64,000 nt of DNA, from NCBI GenBank assembly GCA_001774685.1, contig MFAS01000001.1:223557-287556 (forward strand), in the 5' to 3' direction. The position numbers were made by a program, and so were the translations under genes. The notes beneath the pieces are model-generated. The model ran no database searches and was not told the DNA's origin. It saw only the letters and a program-made list of their open reading frames with translations. This stretch comes from Candidatus Collierbacteria bacterium RIFOXYD2_FULL_45_13 (GTDB lineage: Bacteria; Patescibacteriota; Microgenomatia; UBA1400; MFAQ01). Shown here piece by piece: positions 55,141 through 64,000 of the stretch; position 1 is the first letter of the stretch, and each line of letters opens with the position of its first letter.

Positions 55141-56541
55141 TTGTTCCAGCAACTCTTTCATCTGCCCCTCAATTTTTTCTGCTCTCTTTTTGTTTTTTCC
55201 AAAAACGATATATGACAGATATCCATCGGGCAGCAAATTTGATGAGCAAATCACAAGACCTTCCTTAGTTCTCCTGGAAAACAAAATTGGCTCCATCAGT
55301 TTATGAAGCTTCTTAAACGTAAACTTTTTCGGGGGGATGTTGTACATATTATTCGAAACGACAAAGCTCTTCTTGGTAAAGTTTCTTCCCACAAGTTCCT
55401 TTCCGGCCTCATAGACGTGGGTTCCCCCGGTTACTCTTACATTCGATTCACTTACATAGATACCCCCACCTTTAGCTGCGATGTAATCGACGTCAAAATA
55501 TCCTCGATAGCCGTCCTTGGAAAACTGCTCACCGATCAAGTACCCGATATCCGTCACTCTCGACGCCACTCTCTTTGGTAACACATCTTCGCCAATTTCC
55601 ACCCCCCCAAACTCCCCCTTGTTGTTCACTCTCATCCCGCAATAATAGAGAAATTCCACCTCACCATCTTTCCGAATAAAAAATTCTGCGTTTGGGAAAC
55701 CTCCTCCAATTCTGGGATTAGGTATAACGAGCGACTCAACAACAATAGGGAACTTCTCCCAGTAAGCATCTTTCTTCATTATTGTCACAAGCTTCTTCTC
55801 GCAATCAGTAAATCTTTTCGGTAATTCTCCTTTATTAAAAATCAAGACACCGGCGCCGGAGTGTCCTTTGTTGGTTTTTATCACCACCCCGCCCTCCTTG
55901 ATATATTTATTGGCGGCGATTCCTGCTGTGTCTACGATACCTGAACTGACCACACCTTCCGGCATTTTCAGATCCGCCCTGATTGCCCCGTTTATTTGAG
56001 TCAGTTGTCTGATGCCGGATTTGCTACCGTAAAAGTTGACCGTCCAAGCATTTGCTCTCTCCGGCGCTTCATAGGTTCGGACATCGACCCCCTTTTTCCG
56101 CAATAATTCCACCAACTTCAAGAAGTATGACGTCGTCGAATAGGCAGTCAGATTAAGCCTTTTGTGTTCTTTTCCCAATTGAACCAGTCTCTTAATCACG
56201 GCACCATCGCTTATTGCATCCTTACAAAGAAGACCTGTGTGTTTGGATGGTACCAGTATTTCCAAGTCTCTGACCTGACACAACTCTTTGTAATAATCTA
56301 CAAATAAGGGGTCAATGGCCTTCGGGGTAATAAAAGTAAACTCAAACTCCTCAGCCATTGAAAACAGATCCTTGTCAGACAAATTAGCGTTCTCGTTTAT
56401 TTCCCACTTTTGCAGTTTTTTATCCCCATAGGCCTCAATGAAAGGCCACACATCCTCCGAACAATTAAATATTCTTACTACCCTTTCTCGCTTCTTACCC
56501 CCAGGCTTTTCCGTATTTTTTATTTTCTGCGTCTTTTTCAC
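55138..56541 (-). CDS. ATP-grasp superfamily enzyme (unknown carboxylate-amine or peptide ligase)
   Basis: N-terminal pre-ATP-grasp region, then an ATP-grasp core (GGVVIKTNKGHSGAGVLIF, a Gly-rich B-loop-like segment; conserved E/D/N residues in the C-terminal half). Confidence 0.6.
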   Translation of the reverse strand: MKKTQKIKNTEKPGGKKRERVVRIFNCSEDVWPFIEAYGDKKLQKWEINENANLSDKDLFSMAEEFEFTFITPKAIDPLFVDYYKELCQVRDLEILVPSKHTGLLCKDAISDGAVIKRLVQLGKEHKRLNLTAYSTTSYFLKLVELLRKKGVDVRTYEAPERANAWTVNFYGSKSGIRQLTQINGAIRADLKMPEGVVSSGIVDTAGIAANKYIKEGGVVIKTNKGHSGAGVLIFNKGELPKRFTDCEKKLVTIMKKDAYWEKFPIVVESLVIPNPRIGGGFPNAEFFIRKDGEVEFLYYCGMRVNNKGEFGGVEIGEDVLPKRVASRVTDIGYLIGEQFSKDGYRGYFDVDYIAAKGGGIYVSESNVRVTGGTHVYEAGKELVGRNFTKKSFVVSNNMYNIPPKKFTFKKLHKLMEPILFSRRTKEGLVICSSNLLPDGYLSYIVFGKNKKRAEKIEGQMKELLEQ

Positions 56542-56618
56542 TTCCTTTCCAGTTTACTCGCCTGAATAGATTTGTAAAGATCACAAAATATCCCCGCCAA
56601 TTGGCGGGGAAGAAACTT

Positions 56619-56930
56619 CTAGATCGGGAAAAAGGTTATATGCATGTACGGCATCAGAATGAGAAGACCCAGTACAAACGAGACCAGCCAATACACGGCG
56701 AAAGCCATTAACCCAGCCTTCATCTTGTCTGTTCCTATCAACAGCACTATCGCCGCCCCACCAAGAACCAATAGGTAGGAGAACTGTGAAAATATAAAAA
56801 GAACGATGTAGGTGGCGACAGCCTCCCCACCACCCCATGAATAAGCCAATACCGCACCAATCGCGAGCATAATCACAGATATAGCCAAAGCAAATACGGC
56901 AGCCGTCATCATCTTGGCCTCCTCAGGCAC
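56619..56930 (-). CDS. Small integral membrane protein (hypothetical)
   Basis: 103 aa with three TM helices. Confidence 0.35.
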   Translation of the reverse strand: MPEEAKMMTAAVFALAISVIMLAIGAVLAYSWGGGEAVATYIVLFIFSQFSYLLVLGGAAIVLLIGTDKMKAGLMAFAVYWLVSFVLGLLILMPYMHITFFPI

Positions 56931-56959
56931 AGATTTGATTTCAAATAGCCCCTAATTGT

Positions 56960-56978
56960 ATCATTTGTGCTATAATCA
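56960..56978 (+). promoter_or_regulatory. Candidate extended -10 promoter for rnj, implying a roughly 180-nt 5' UTR
   Basis: TGcTATAAT. The leader contains a GGCG-UUUUUUCCG-CGCC hairpin. Confidence 0.3.
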
Positions 56979-57164
56979 TCCTCAGTCCACGGAAACGTTG
57001 TCAACAGTGATCTGTAAGCCGAGAAAGAGTCAGTTAGATTTTTATTCCCGCCTGTCTGCGAAACCTACCCCGTAAATTAGGATTATTTGGCGTTTTTTCC
57101 GCGCCCAACTTATCGGATTCCGGTAAGCTACAATATTATTTAGGAAAATAAATTATAAAAAATT

Positions 57165-58817
57165 ATGTCTCAACTTAAGTTGATTCCTCTTGGCGGTGTC
57201 GGTTCGGCTACCAAAAATATGTACGTTTACGAACTGGGTGACGATCAGCTGGTGGTCGACTGTGGCATGGGTTTCCCCCAGGACAGCGCTCTCGGAGTGG
57301 ACTCTGTCATTCCCGATATTAGTTATTTGGAAAAGCCGGGTAAACATCTCCATGGAATTGTCCTCACCCATCCACACATGGACCATATTGGTGGCCTTCC
57401 CTACATCCTCCCTCGTCTCAAGGACGTGGAGGTTTTTGGTGGCAGGCTCGCCATTGCTATGGCCGAGATTCGTGTCCGCGAGTTTGGCATCCCGAACCGC
57501 ATGACCACCGTGGAAGGGTCTTTGGATCTTGGTCCTTTCCATATCCAGTTTATTCATTCAACTCACTCCGTACCCAACTGTTTTCACCTTTTAATCAAAA
57601 CCACCGCTGGTACCGTTTATCATGGTGCAGATTACAAGTTTGACTTAACACCTATAGACAATCTACCACCGGATTTGGGTGGTATGGCCAAGGCCGGAAC
57701 CGATGGTGTGGACCTAATGCTTACCGACTGTCTGGGTATCGAAAAGTCCGGATATTGTCCATCAGAAAGATCTTTGATGAAAGCTATTGATGAGGAAATT
57801 AGAAACACCGCGGGAAAAGTAGTTTTCACCGGCATGTCTTCCTCTATTTCGCGTTTTCAAATCGCCATTGATGCCTCTATCAAATATCACCGTCGCATCG
57901 CCGTTATTGGTCGCTCAGTAGAACAGAACATTGAGGCCGCTATCAAAACCGGCTTTATGAAAATTCCGAATGGTACATTGATCAAGCCTCAGCAAATCGC
58001 CGGTCTCCCGGCTAACCAGGTCACCATCATTATCTCCGGTTCTCAAGGTCAGACCGGATCGGCCATGCATCGTCTCGCCAACAACGAGCATCGTATGGCA
58101 AGATTGAAAAAAGGAGATAAGGTTATCATCAGCTCCAATGCCATTCCCGGTACGGGTAATGACGCTGACATTTTTGATCTGATGGATACTTTGTACAAAA
58201 ACAGTATTGACGTCATTTACTCCGGTACTTCCGAAAACCTTCATGTCTCCGGTCACGGTTATCGTGGTGATATGGCACTTCTCGCAAGACTTGTACGCCC
58301 GAAGAACATCATCCCTATCGGGGGAGACCTTCGACATATGATGCTTTACAAAAATTTAGCCAAAGACCTCAATCACGACCCCAACAAAGTCTTTGTCCTA
58401 TCCGAGGGCCAGTCAGTTATTCTCGAGGACCACGTTGTTAAAGAAGGTCCGAAATTCGAGACCAAGAACATATACGTCGACGGTTTGGGTATTGGCGATG
58501 TCGGCACCGTTGTTCTTCGCGACCGCCAAGTCATGTCGGAAGACGGTATTTTGATTGCCATAGTTCCTATTAGGCGTGACAATTCACAGGTTGCCGGGGA
58601 AATTGAAATAATTTCTCGAGGATTCGTCTATCAAAAGGAATCCCAAGATCTTATTCAGGATGCCAGAAAGCACGTCCTTACCTGTCTCAAAGATGTCAAA
58701 GGCATTGCCACCGACTGGGGCTTCATAAGGAAGAAGATCGAAGGGGAGTTGGAAAAGTTCGCTTTCGAGCACACCCAGCGTCGACCCATGGTCATCGCCA
58801 TCGTCATCGAGGTCTAG
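57165..58817 (+). CDS. rnj: Ribonuclease J (metallo-beta-lactamase/beta-CASP)
   Basis: HxHxDH (LTHPHMDHIGG), a beta-CASP domain, and a C-terminal domain. Length 550 aa. Confidence 0.9.
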   Translation: MSQLKLIPLGGVGSATKNMYVYELGDDQLVVDCGMGFPQDSALGVDSVIPDISYLEKPGKHLHGIVLTHPHMDHIGGLPYILPRLKDVEVFGGRLAIAMAEIRVREFGIPNRMTTVEGSLDLGPFHIQFIHSTHSVPNCFHLLIKTTAGTVYHGADYKFDLTPIDNLPPDLGGMAKAGTDGVDLMLTDCLGIEKSGYCPSERSLMKAIDEEIRNTAGKVVFTGMSSSISRFQIAIDASIKYHRRIAVIGRSVEQNIEAAIKTGFMKIPNGTLIKPQQIAGLPANQVTIIISGSQGQTGSAMHRLANNEHRMARLKKGDKVIISSNAIPGTGNDADIFDLMDTLYKNSIDVIYSGTSENLHVSGHGYRGDMALLARLVRPKNIIPIGGDLRHMMLYKNLAKDLNHDPNKVFVLSEGQSVILEDHVVKEGPKFETKNIYVDGLGIGDVGTVVLRDRQVMSEDGILIAIVPIRRDNSQVAGEIEIISRGFVYQKESQDLIQDARKHVLTCLKDVKGIATDWGFIRKKIEGELEKFAFEHTQRRPMVIAIVIEV

Positions 58818-58845
58818 CTTTGCTTGAGTTATACTAATAATATCT

Positions 58846-60996
58846 ATGGCTCGAAAAAAAGGACGTCGCTCCAAACCATATAAGCTGAATCTAAAAAAAG
58901 ATACTCTAAACTCAATTTTTGCCATTGTTCTAATGGGCCTCGGTGTTCTCATTGCCATTTCTTTTTCTCAACAAGGGGCTGTCCTCTCCAAAATAAATGA
59001 GATGGGTAGACAGTGGCTTGGCTGGCCCCTTTTTTTTCTCCCCTTTATCTTTATCATCGGCGGCTTGATCGTTACTCACGTCAAGCTTCCCATTGCTTCC
59101 ACCAATGTGCTTCTTGGTAGTGTTATCACCATGATCTCTTTGAATGGATTGTTTGGGGCCGGCAGTGTTGGAGCGGGCCTCAAAGAATCAGTCGTTTCTC
59201 TAATTTCTCTTCCTGGTACCATTCTCTTTTATTTCGTCGGTGTTGTTATCGGGCTTTTTATTCTTTTTGAGACTTCGATTGAAGATTTGTTAGTTCTGAT
59301 ACAGACTCTTTATGGTAGTGTCACCGGCGCTTTTGGTAAACTGAAAAGCTTGCCTGTCAAAGGAGGCTCCCCTGTGTTTTTGAGTAAATCGAATACTGTC
59401 AAAATTACCGGTGGCGACGAGTCGAAAGTGGGTCATTCTCCAGCCCTCCCTTCCGTCACCGCCCCCATAAAAATTATTGGCAAGGAGCATCAGGTCAACC
59501 GTTCTATCCAGACCGCTGTCGATTCTAAAAAACTTCCTGACGGTGCCACCGCCGGTGTTTGGCACTTCCCACCCATTAATCTTCTATCAGATCAAAAAAT
59601 TGGCAAGGCCGATAGAGGCGATATCAAGAAGAATATCGAAACTATTCAGAACACTCTTGGTTCGTTTGCCATCCAAGCTAAGGTTACCGAGGTTCACCAA
59701 GGTCCCGCTGTCACGCAGTACGCCTTGACCATTACCGCCGGGACCAAACTCTCCAAGATCAGTGCCCTTCAGTCCGATCTGGCTTTGGCCTTAGCCGCAC
59801 CACAGGGGCAGATCCGTATCGAAGCCCCCATTCCTGGTCGTGATCTGGTCGGTATTGAAATTCCTAATCGCTCTTTGGAGTTTGTCTCTCTCCGTGAGAT
59901 GCTTACTGACAAAGCTATGCAAGAGAGTCGCTCAAAAACCACTTTTTCCCTCGGACTCGATGTCTCCGGAATGCCGGTCATTGCCGATATCAATAAAATG
60001 CCTCACCTGCTCATAGCTGGCACCACCGGTTCGGGCAAATCGGTCTTAATAAATGCCATCATTTCTTCCATTTTGTTCCGTGCCTCTCCGGAAGAAGTCA
60101 AATTTATTATGGTCGACCCCAAACGTGTCGAGTTGACGCCTTACAACGACATTCCTCATTTGCTTACACCGGTTATCACCGATGTCAGTAAAGTAGTTAA
60201 CGCTCTAAAGTGGGCCACCGCCGAGATGGAAAGACGCTACCGCCTTTTTGAGGAAATGTCGGTTAAAAACATCGCCGGTTATAACGAACTTAGCGGTTTT
60301 CAAGCCATGCCATACATCATCATAATTGTCGATGAAATGGCTGACATTATGATGTCCAAGAATGCCGGAGAAGTCGAAGAAACCATCGTCCGTATTGCCC
60401 AGATGGCCCGTGCTGTTGGTATTCATCTTATCTTGGCCACCCAGCGTCCTTCCGTGAACGTACTTACCGGTTTGATAAAAGCAAACATCCCGGCGCGGAT
60501 CGCCTTCCAAGTCACTTCCATGATAGATTCTCGTGTCATTATCGATACACCTGGTGCCGAAAAACTTCTAGGTAAGGGTGACATGCTTTACATTCCACCC
60601 GACACCGCCAAGCCAAAACGCATACAAGGAGCCTTTGTCTCTGATAAGGAAATTAAGAACCTCATAGATTTCATTAAGAGCTCCGGCGTTACCGCGCAGC
60701 TAGATGAAACCATCACCAAAGATAAGGGAGGAAAGAGCACCCTCTCCTCTGGTGGTCTCAATCTAGGCCCGGTAGATGAAAAATTTGAAGAAGCCGCCCA
60801 TTTGTGTATCGCCGAAGGCAAGGGGTCGGCTTCCCTGTTACAGCGTCGTTTAGAAGTTGGCTATGCCAGAGCGGCTAGGATACTGGACCAGCTGGAGCAG
60901 GCCGGAGTCCTTGCCCACGCCGCAGGTAATAAACCCCGTGAAGTTATTGTTGGCAGTTTTAGCGAAGTTTTCCCAGAAGGTGACGAAAACTCCTAA
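58846..60996 (+). CDS. ftsK: DNA translocase FtsK/SpoIIIE
   Basis: N-terminal TM helices, motor domain (GTTGSGKSV, IVDEMAD, LATQRPS), and a C-terminal gamma wHTH. Confidence 0.9.
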   Translation: MARKKGRRSKPYKLNLKKDTLNSIFAIVLMGLGVLIAISFSQQGAVLSKINEMGRQWLGWPLFFLPFIFIIGGLIVTHVKLPIASTNVLLGSVITMISLNGLFGAGSVGAGLKESVVSLISLPGTILFYFVGVVIGLFILFETSIEDLLVLIQTLYGSVTGAFGKLKSLPVKGGSPVFLSKSNTVKITGGDESKVGHSPALPSVTAPIKIIGKEHQVNRSIQTAVDSKKLPDGATAGVWHFPPINLLSDQKIGKADRGDIKKNIETIQNTLGSFAIQAKVTEVHQGPAVTQYALTITAGTKLSKISALQSDLALALAAPQGQIRIEAPIPGRDLVGIEIPNRSLEFVSLREMLTDKAMQESRSKTTFSLGLDVSGMPVIADINKMPHLLIAGTTGSGKSVLINAIISSILFRASPEEVKFIMVDPKRVELTPYNDIPHLLTPVITDVSKVVNALKWATAEMERRYRLFEEMSVKNIAGYNELSGFQAMPYIIIIVDEMADIMMSKNAGEVEETIVRIAQMARAVGIHLILATQRPSVNVLTGLIKANIPARIAFQVTSMIDSRVIIDTPGAEKLLGKGDMLYIPPDTAKPKRIQGAFVSDKEIKNLIDFIKSSGVTAQLDETITKDKGGKSTLSSGGLNLGPVDEKFEEAAHLCIAEGKGSASLLQRRLEVGYARAARILDQLEQAGVLAHAAGNKPREVIVGSFSEVFPEGDENS

Positions 60997-60999
60997 ACT

Positions 61000-61620
61000 A
61001 TGAAAACTGTCGGTCAAATCATTCGCGCAGGAAGGCTTAAGAGGAGTCTTTCTGTGGAACAGCTTTCACACCTCACCAAGATTGATGCCAAATACATTAT
61101 GGCACTCGAATCCGATCTCTACTCCGGTCTGCCGTCTGAAACATTTGCCAAAGGTTTTATTCGCAATCTCAGTCAGCGGCTATCTTTAGATTCGGATGAG
61201 TTGGTTGCCATCTTCAGGAGAGATTTTCGTGAGCCGGAACTCACCCGGACGTCCAAAGCCCATCGCCGTACCCTATTTCCGAAAGTATCATCCCAACTGT
61301 TCCCCTTCGCTGTAGGCGGTCTTGTGTTTGTTATTTATTTAATTTTTCAATTCCGCACCATTCTTACTCCTCCAAAGCTGGAAATCTCTCGCCCGTCGAG
61401 TGCCTCTGTCCTAATTTCTCCCGTTGAAATTGAAGGTGATACCTCTATTGATGCCACCATTAGTATTAATGAAGACACGCAGGTAAGCCCTGACTCTTCG
61501 GGACGCTTTCTTGCCAGAATTAATCTACCGATAGGAGAGAATACTCTAGAAATTAAATCGGTAAATCGTTTTGGTCGTTCAACTGTCAAAAAACTCGCCA
61601 TCATCATCATCTCTAAATAA
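61000..61620 (+). CDS. RodZ-like membrane protein with an XRE-type HTH
   Basis: N-terminal HTH similar to RodZ (LSVEQLSHLTKIDAKYIMALES...FAKGFIRNLSQ), a single TM helix, and a C-terminal beta domain. Confidence 0.5.
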   Translation: MKTVGQIIRAGRLKRSLSVEQLSHLTKIDAKYIMALESDLYSGLPSETFAKGFIRNLSQRLSLDSDELVAIFRRDFREPELTRTSKAHRRTLFPKVSSQLFPFAVGGLVFVIYLIFQFRTILTPPKLEISRPSSASVLISPVEIEGDTSIDATISINEDTQVSPDSSGRFLARINLPIGENTLEIKSVNRFGRSTVKKLAIIIISK

Positions 61621-61659
61621 TTTCTCGCACCAATTAGCAATAACTGTTATTATTATTTT

Positions 61660-61959
61660 ATGACCCTTCCTCAAATCGTGTCTCTGATCTCTACGGTTCT
61701 CTTGACCTCTGTGGCCTTGGTTATCGGTATCCAAATGATCTTTATTCTCAAGGAACTCCGCTATTCCTTAACCAAATTAAACCAGACCATCGACACCGTC
61801 TCCGACACTGTAGAAAAAATTGCTCAGCCGGCTCTTGGTCTGTTTGCCATCTTGGAAGGTTTTAAAGAGAGTGGCAAAATAATCGAAACTGTTTCCCGTT
61901 TCTTTGCCAAAGAAAAAAATAAGACTGAGGGAGAAGAAATCTATGACAACACCATCTGA
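61660..61959 (+). CDS. Small membrane protein (hypothetical)
   Basis: 99 aa with one N-terminal TM helix. Confidence 0.3.
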   Translation: MTLPQIVSLISTVLLTSVALVIGIQMIFILKELRYSLTKLNQTIDTVSDTVEKIAQPALGLFAILEGFKESGKIIETVSRFFAKEKNKTEGEEIYDNTI

Positions 61960-62329
61960 AAAAAGCGGTCACGAAGGTGCCTTTTCCACCTTTACTGTAG
62001 GGGTTGCTTTTGGTGTTGTTGCCGCCCTCCTTTTTGGCACTGAAGAAGGTCGGAAACTAGTCAAAAGAGCTCTGGACGCCATCCCTGATAAGTACAAAAC
62101 CCCACCGGTTCGCATTCCCTCAAGTGGGCCTAGAACTCCGATCATCCCCGCCGAAGAAACCTCTCACCATACGACCTTCGACGAACCGTCATTGCGAGGA
62201 GGTACTCCGACGTGGCAATCTCACTCCACCTCAGACGATCAGTTTGATTCATCCTTCGGCGAGGCACCCCCGCCTCCGGCTCCTCACGTTCGCCCCACCC
62301 GCCCCGAACCCTTCAAACCCACCCTCTAA
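61904..62329 (+). CDS. Hypothetical protein with a TM helix and a Pro-rich C-terminus
   Basis: Overlaps the previous ORF. Low complexity. Confidence 0.3.
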   Translation: MPKKKIRLREKKSMTTPSEKSGHEGAFSTFTVGVAFGVVAALLFGTEEGRKLVKRALDAIPDKYKTPPVRIPSSGPRTPIIPAEETSHHTTFDEPSLRGGTPTWQSHSTSDDQFDSSFGEAPPPPAPHVRPTRPEPFKPTL

Positions 62330-62497
62330 CTGAATACTGTCTTGAGGTACTCCATGTCAATCCAACAGGCATGAATAGTAATATCCTATAACTTGACAAA
62401 TGCCTCGTTGGGTGATATAATCACGCACATAAGGTTGGGAAAATCTCAGCCGTCACATTCATATTCTGAACATATCAGTTTAAACAAGGAGAAGCAA

Positions 62498-62854
62498 ATG
62501 CCTGACATTCTTTATACAAAGACCGTTGATCTGCCTCGGCCCATGACTGGTCTCATGATCAAGGAAGCTCTGGAAAAATCCGCAGGCAAGGACTTTCGGA
62601 ATGGTTGCTCAGTTTGGGATGAAGACCAGAAAAGCCTTTCTATCGGCGCTCAGCCTGACTCCTACCCCTACGGTCTGACAGTCACAGCCGACAAAAACGG
62701 CACACTTCTCGGCGAAAACGAAACCTATCAGCAGATCGTTGTGCGTAGCAACGATGGCTGGGGCGGTATTGTTTACGCCTGCATTTGTTCCGACGACGAC
62801 GTCATCGGGTTCTGCCAGGACATCATCAAAAAATTCCTGGAATCATTGAAATAA
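62498..62854 (+). CDS. Hypothetical protein
   Basis: I set the start at the ATG preceded by AAGGAGAAG. About 118 aa. A terminator follows. Confidence 0.35.
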   Translation: MPDILYTKTVDLPRPMTGLMIKEALEKSAGKDFRNGCSVWDEDQKSLSIGAQPDSYPYGLTVTADKNGTLLGENETYQQIVVRSNDGWGGIVYACICSDDDVIGFCQDIIKKFLESLK

Positions 62855-62857
62855 TCA

Positions 62858-62907
62858 GCCCCCCAATCAAGGAGAAATCTCCTCGAAAGGGGGGATTTTC
62901 ACTTTTT
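62858..62907 (+). terminator. Intrinsic terminator (plus strand)
   Basis: CCCCCC...GGGGGG hairpin with an internal GGAGAAATCTCC stem, followed by ATTTTCACTTTTT. Confidence 0.5.
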
Positions 62908-62910
62908 CTC

Positions 62911-62938
62911 CACAAAAATGCCCGCCTTTCGGTGGGCT
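62911..62938 (-). terminator. Intrinsic terminator for the minus-strand PH-domain gene
   Basis: Minus-strand read: GCCCACC-GAAA-GGCGGGC followed by AUUUUUGUG. Confidence 0.5.
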
Positions 62939-62947
62939 TTCTATGTT

Positions 62948-63436
62948 TCAATATTTCAATTCCCAGGGCTCTTCAATTCTCGTCCACTTCACGCAGAATC
63001 CATGTTGTTCCCGGGTAATTCGGAAATCACCAGCATTCAGGTGGGCAGTGACTCCGTCACCAATAGCCGGTGTGATTACATCGAGTCCGTTAACCTCCTC
63101 GTCCCTGATCCATATCCTTTTATCAGGCGTGATCGAGAGGGCGATGAGTTTGCTCTCCCTGCTGAGCCAGAGCGTGCTGCTGTCCAGCTTGATGACCACG
63201 AAGCCTCGGTCTCGCTGGTATTCATAGTTCGGTCGGCTGACCTCGAAAAGTCGATAGAACAGGCTCGCCACCGCAGCTCCCAGAATGCCGAAGACAACGA
63301 TCATCTTCCAATCGGTCCACACTGCGGCCACGCTCGGTACCAGCCAAGCCACCAGGAAGGGAAGAGCCAAAAAGCCAGCCAAAACCGCTCCAGTCACCCA
63401 AAATCGTATCTTATTCATGTTCATGTACGCCTCCAA
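62948..63436 (-). CDS. Membrane-anchored bacterial PH-domain (YdbS/DUF304-like) protein
   Basis: Two N-terminal TM helices followed by a roughly 100-aa beta-rich domain, which is typical of bPH_2 proteins. Confidence 0.45.
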   Translation of the reverse strand: MEAYMNMNKIRFWVTGAVLAGFLALPFLVAWLVPSVAAVWTDWKMIVVFGILGAAVASLFYRLFEVSRPNYEYQRDRGFVVIKLDSSTLWLSRESKLIALSITPDKRIWIRDEEVNGLDVITPAIGDGVTAHLNAGDFRITREQHGFCVKWTRIEEPWELKY

Positions 63437-63577
63437 ATCAGTTTCAACTTACCCCATAATTATATCATCCTCTTCGGCCTGTTGCTCTATAGTAAGCCCA
63501 TAGTTTGCAAATCTCTACCATTTCTGATAAAATACCCCAGAAATTCAAATCGCACTTAACATCTAAATGGAGGTCAA

Positions 63578-63808
63578 ATGTTTGGTTTACCTACTCTCAG
63601 TCTGATTGCCCTTGGAATTGCGGCCGTTATCGCCATTGGTTTGATGGCCTCAATCATGGCAGAGGTTGCAGTACCCTATTTCCCTTATATGCACCCAGAC
63701 TCGCTCAGGCGTGAAATAGAACGCATGAAGCGTGTCCAACATGCCCAAATCACCTGGGGCATGATCGCGGTTGTCTTTTGCCTCTTGGCCGTAATTCTCG
63801 CCTTCTAG
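63578..63808 (+). CDS. Small membrane protein (hypothetical)
   Basis: 76 aa with two TM helices. GGAGG RBS. Confidence 0.3.
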   Translation: MFGLPTLSLIALGIAAVIAIGLMASIMAEVAVPYFPYMHPDSLRREIERMKRVQHAQITWGMIAVVFCLLAVILAF

Positions 63809-64000
63809 GGGCAAGTCAGAAAAGGAGACAAATGGACGACTTCTTGGGATATTTTCTACTTGTCATAGTTATTGTTGCTTTTGTGACCTTGGGTTACGCC
63901 ATTATCCACGATCTCAACTTGTCCGGCACTGCTGTCGCCACTTATACCGGAGAGTATTGTCACCAAAATGGATGTGATACTGGTCAAGAAATCCGTTCAG

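Overview
The window reads as a gene-dense bacterial chromosome segment of about 48% GC with short intergenic spacers and frequent overlapping stop/start codons. I found no rRNA or tRNA genes and no CRISPR array by eye. Gene content suggests a small-genome, Gram-positive-type, possibly CPR/Patescibacteria-like organism; this is inference only, since no rRNA is present to test it. The indicators are a short IF2 and a short HrcA, ThyX, a FemAB pair with MurJ, an LCP protein, LPXTG-type sorting signals, PilN/PilO, and many small membrane proteins.

Housekeeping genes, in order: an MraY/WecA-family transferase, a GT2 glycosyltransferase, tatD, metG, rmuC, a UvrD-family helicase fused to a Cas4-like Fe-S nuclease, an AlkA-like HhH-GPD glycosylase, an ECF sigma factor with an overlapping membrane partner, thyX, ung, a second PcrA/UvrD helicase, tpiA, an LCP protein, rpsT, murJ, lepA, an hrcA-grpE-dnaK-dnaJ operon, nusA-infB, rpsO-pnp, RNase J, ftsK, and a RodZ-like protein.

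The non-routine regions are:
1. A roughly 10 kb minus-strand surface locus (24.4-34.7 kb). It holds three mosaic Cys-rich, Thr/Pro-rich surface proteins that share N-terminal and C-terminal modules in different combinations. Two of them end in LPDAG or LPETG sorting signals. Next come an FN3-domain protein and PilO/PilN. Downstream lie a UDP-galactopyranose-mutase-like flavoenzyme and a large GT-C-like membrane protein. Together these suggest a glycosylated adhesin or pilus-associated system.
2. A two-gene island bounded by near-identical terminators. It contains a QueC-like PP-loop ATPase with a roughly 150-aa N-terminal domain of no recognisable family, divergent from an unknown 175-aa protein.
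3. A stand-alone Lon AAA+ module that lacks both the N-terminal substrate domain and the protease domain.
4. A LexA-type DNA-binding domain fused to a truncated UDP-glucose-dehydrogenase-like domain.
5. A small SET-domain protein, a probably catalytically dead DHH-like protein after infB, and an ATP-grasp enzyme.
6. A structured, terminator-containing leader upstream of a GNAT acetyltransferase.
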